Below are positions 61,209 to 64,000 of a stretch of 64,000 bases of DNA, one piece after another. The stretch lies in the NCBI GenBank assembly GCA_963674595.2, contig CAXXFV010000020.1, positions 1 to 64,000 on the forward strand, read 5' to 3'. Source of the stretch: a bacterium. Its GTDB lineage: Bacteria > Zhuqueibacterota > Zhuqueibacteria > Residuimicrobiales > Krinioviventaceae. The notes under the pieces are model-generated. The model was not told the DNA's origin and did not search any database. It saw nothing but the letters and a program-made list of their open reading frames with translations. The translations under genes were made by a program, and so were the position numbers. The first letter of the stretch is position 1, and each line of letters opens with the position of its first letter.

Positions 61209-61436
61209 ATGAAGGTTACAATCCCGGATTATTTCACTGGTGTATTTGAAAATACAAGAAATGCACTGGGCGATATGTTAAGTAATCCAACCCTCTGGTC
61301 AGAAGCGATAATTAAAGAGACATTAACAAGGACCGGTAGTCAGGCATTTAATATTGAAGATGTACAACATATCGTACGTGAATATTTAATTGTTTTATCA
61401 GAAAAAGTAAGAGAAGGCTCCGACCTGGGCGTTTAG
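61209..61436 (+). CDS. Small hypothetical protein (75 aa)
   Basis: AGGAGGTG 61195-202, 6-nt spacer, ATG; amphipathic helical sequence MKVTIPDYF...GSDLGV. Confidence 0.7.
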   Translation: MKVTIPDYFTGVFENTRNALGDMLSNPTLWSEAIIKETLTRTGSQAFNIEDVQHIVREYLIVLSEKVREGSDLGV

Positions 61437-61525
61437 CCTTACATGTAAATGTTTTGGGATTGCTGCTTCTCTCCTCCGATATAATTAGTGCCGGTTAGCT
61501 TAAAATACCATAAAGAATAATTATA

Positions 61526-62917
61526 ATGGAAATAGTTGCTTCCAGAATATCTGTCTATGAAGTTGAATTGGATTTAAATAGCTGGGACGTAAAAACAAGT
61601 AATAAAGTACCTGGGTTTTCTCAAAAAATTCTCGAATTAATGCCCACTCTTTCAGACCACAAATGTATGGAAGGCAAACCCGGCGGTTTTATTCGGGAAG
61701 TTGAAAAAGGCACTAATTTTGCCCACATTATTGAACATGTTTTGCTGGAAATGATCCATTTGGCCGATAAAGGCCAGGTATATAAGGGGTGGACACGAAA
61801 GCTTGAAAAAGATCATTACGTTATTCATTATAATGCCCCGGATTTTTTAAAAGGTCGGTTGGCTGCCATTTTGGCTGTGGATTTTGTTAAACATATTTTA
61901 CAAAATAAAAATGTTAAAAGTATTGAATATCTTGATATTTTAAAAAATCCGATTGACTATTTTTCGGGCCATAAAACTGAAACGACCGAGTTATATTTTG
62001 CCGATTCTATAAATGAGTTTAAAACTGTTGAAAAAGCGGTTGATGAATTAAAATCCGAAAGATTGACAACAGAGCAGCAGCAAAATATAATTTTGATCAT
62101 ATCTCACATTCAAAAACATTTTGGTTTTATTAGAGAAACCTGGCGAAAATCATTTTTAACCTTTGGTGGAGAATTTGCCAAAACAATAGAAAATAAAATA
62201 GAGCTTATCAATATTGATAAATTTGCACATTACATTATACAAAATGAATTTGATCGTGTTTTTAGCGGGATTAAAAATCTAAGTCATTTGATCAATACCT
62301 ACCAGATTCCCAAAACCTTTGTCATCCGATCAATATGGCTTTTTAAGAATAAATTGCTCCGCTACATCATTGAAGAATATCAAAACGATAAATTATTTTT
62401 ACAGCATGCGATCAAGGACCTTGAGGATTTTTATCAGATTATTTTGAAAAATGTCAAAATGGGGTTTGAGATGAATGATTATGAAAATAACATTTTTTCT
62501 CAATTACCAGAGCTTGTGGAATTTCGCGAACTTGAGCAGATACGTGGTTATGTGTTGATCGTTGATGATGATGAAGTTGCCAGGCAGGCCTGTGCGGACA
62601 TATTACGTTATCATAGCTATCCTGTTCTCACCGTATCAACCGGATTTGATGCATTGGATAAAATTGTTAAAATGGGTGATGAAATTACCCTGGTAATATT
62701 GGACATAAATTTACCCGATATGAACGGCAAAGAGGTTTATCAACAGATTAAAAACAGTTATCCGGATAAAAAAATAATAATTTCCAGCGGTTTTTTGCCG
62801 GATGACCAGCGAATTCATTTCAAACATGATGTTTTAACGGCGTTTATTGATAAACCCTATAAAGCTGTAGATATAGTAAATAAAGTCAAAATGTTTATGG
62901 AAGATGAAAGTAAATAA
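61526..62917 (+). CDS. Cyanophycin-synthetase N-domain / helical (RsbRD_N- or globin-like) domain / response-regulator receiver fusion
   Basis: MPTLSDHKCMEGKPGGF..GTNFAHIIEHVLLE..GWTR; C-terminal VLIVDDD..LVILDINLPDMNG..IISSGF..FIDKPY. Confidence 0.8.
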   Translation: MEIVASRISVYEVELDLNSWDVKTSNKVPGFSQKILELMPTLSDHKCMEGKPGGFIREVEKGTNFAHIIEHVLLEMIHLADKGQVYKGWTRKLEKDHYVIHYNAPDFLKGRLAAILAVDFVKHILQNKNVKSIEYLDILKNPIDYFSGHKTETTELYFADSINEFKTVEKAVDELKSERLTTEQQQNIILIISHIQKHFGFIRETWRKSFLTFGGEFAKTIENKIELINIDKFAHYIIQNEFDRVFSGIKNLSHLINTYQIPKTFVIRSIWLFKNKLLRYIIEEYQNDKLFLQHAIKDLEDFYQIILKNVKMGFEMNDYENNIFSQLPELVEFRELEQIRGYVLIVDDDEVARQACADILRYHSYPVLTVSTGFDALDKIVKMGDEITLVILDINLPDMNGKEVYQQIKNSYPDKKIIISSGFLPDDQRIHFKHDVLTAFIDKPYKAVDIVNKVKMFMEDESK

Positions 62918-63000
62918 TTCCCGGGGATTATTTTTAGATTGAATCCAATAACACCTGTTTTCATCTAATAAAATAAAATCAAATCAAGAGGAAACAGGAT

Positions 63001-63384
63001 ATGATTATTCTTTATATTATTGCTGGTATTGTTGTATTATTCTTTTCGTTGCAATTTTTTATGGTTATAAAAATGCGATTTAAAAAGGGAAAGGATGCAC
63101 CTTCACTCTCCGGAAGTGCCGGAAAATTAATTCAATCCGGAAATAAAGCATTGTTTTATTTTTTTAGTCCTTCATGCCGTGCCTGTTATGCCATGACACC
63201 GATGATGGAACAATTGTCCAGAAAAAATAAAAATGTTTTTAAAATTGATATTTCAAAAGATATGGATACGGCACGTAAATTTGGAGTTATGGGCACACCG
63301 TCAACGGTTGTTGTTGAAACAGGGAAAATTAAAGAGTTTCTTGTTGGAGCACAATCAGAGTCAAGAATAAAAGCACTTTTATAA
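63001..63384 (+). CDS. Membrane-anchored thioredoxin-family protein
   Basis: N-terminal TM; FFSPSCRAC (CxxC); FGVMGTP cis-Pro loop. Confidence 0.88.
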   Translation: MIILYIIAGIVVLFFSLQFFMVIKMRFKKGKDAPSLSGSAGKLIQSGNKALFYFFSPSCRACYAMTPMMEQLSRKNKNVFKIDISKDMDTARKFGVMGTPSTVVVETGKIKEFLVGAQSESRIKALL

Positions 63385-63390
63385 TAGAAA

Positions 63391-63420
63391 GCCCGGTTTT
63401 ATTACCGGGCCTTTTTTTTT
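63391..63420 (+). terminator. Rho-independent terminator
   Basis: GCCCGGT-tttatt-ACCGGGC-c-T9. Confidence 0.85.
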
Positions 63421-64000
63421 AATTTCCAAATGCTTCGTCAAAAACTCCTTTGGGGGTTGGAAAGTTTAATTCACGTAAAAAGTTACAGGCGTCTGCCGCA
63501 CCAAAATCCCGGTCCATTCCGGCGTCTTCCCATTCAACCGAAAGCGGGCCTGTGTATCCGGCATGGTTTAAGGCCCTGATAACAGCCTCGAAATCCACAT
63601 CGCCGTGGCCTAATGAACGAAAATCCCAGCCACGTCGCGGATCACCAAAATTGAGATGTGATGCTAAAATGCTTGTTGTGCCGTCCAGTGTTACCGCGCT
63701 GTCTTTCATGTGGCAATGATAAATACGGTCACCAAACTCTTCGATAAATTTTATAGGATCTACACCCTGCCATTGTAAATGACTGGGATCAAAGTTAAAT
63801 CCAAAGGATTTACGGTGGTTGATTGCCTCAAGGGCAATTCGTGTTGTTACAATATCATAGGCAATTTCCGTGGGATGTACTTCCAGGGCGAATCTGACAC
63901 CACATTCTTCAAAAACATCCAGAATAGGATTAAATACATCAGCAAAAAATTGATATCCCTTTTCAATTTCTTTAAAATCATTTGGCGGGAATGAATAAAG
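63419..64000 (-). CDS. Sugar phosphate isomerase/epimerase (xylose-isomerase-like TIM barrel), 5'-truncated by the window
   Basis: Frame open from 64000: FALEVHPTEIAYD, GFNFDPSHL, IYHCHMKD, WDFRSLGHG, PLSVEWED. Confidence 0.9.
   Translation of the reverse strand, partial: LYSFPPNDFKEIEKGYQFFADVFNPILDVFEECGVRFALEVHPTEIAYDIVTTRIALEAINHRKSFGFNFDPSHLQWQGVDPIKFIEEFGDRIYHCHMKDSAVTLDGTTSILASHLNFGDPRRGWDFRSLGHGDVDFEAVIRALNHAGYTGPLSVEWEDAGMDRDFGAADACNFLRELNFPTPKGVFDEAFGN

Noticed and set aside
61526-62917. Calling the gene cyanophycin synthetase (cphA)
   Set aside because: Only the N domain is present; the ATP-grasp and Mur-ligase domains are absent, and no cphB is in the window.
63419-63709. Stand-alone 96-aa protein
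   Set aside because: The frame stays open to the window edge; it is the C-terminus of a longer TIM-barrel enzyme.
1-64000. Short (60-150 aa) antisense or alternate-frame ORFs; CRISPR, IS, prophage, tRNA/rRNA
   Set aside because: The short ORFs overlap well-supported genes and show no motifs. No spaced repeats, transposase/integrase motifs or structural RNA signatures were seen by eye.

Overview
Gene-dense, AT-rich bacterial chromosome segment with no rRNA, tRNA, CRISPR array or mobile element visible. The NYPNPFNP-type C-terminal secretion domains, CarboxypepD-led TonB receptors and lack of SusD partners suggest an FCB-superphylum organism such as KSB1, Calditrichota or Ignavibacteria (inference). 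Contents, left to right: (1) a SusD-less polysaccharide-utilisation-like locus (1-10.8 kb) carrying three single-base frameshifts; (2) a glycerol-1-phosphate dehydrogenase / SorC regulator / GlpT-type transporter operon; (3) a minus-strand MacA/MacB-permease/TonB-receptor/DUF4249 operon with no ATPase; (4) an AcrR-like TetR plus RND-TolC pump with three AcrR-type operators; (5) mlaEFD; (6) a 16-kb cluster of three heparinase II/III-like lyases, two sodium:solute symporters, a GDPD, a sialidase-like protein and two oxidoreductases; (7) housekeeping genes (csp, rocD, trpS, S9 peptidase, crcB-DUF190, SerB-SerA fusion). The most unusual items are a protein fusing an intact cyanophycin-synthetase N-terminal metallo-hydrolase motif (C-x19-H-xx-E-H) to a helical domain and a phospho-receiver (61526-62917), its upstream mini-ORF and 75-aa partner, and a lipoprotein that is a circular permutation of the T9SS-CTD/FlgD-Ig domain (57153-57584). 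All family calls are from motif recognition by eye; no searches were run.
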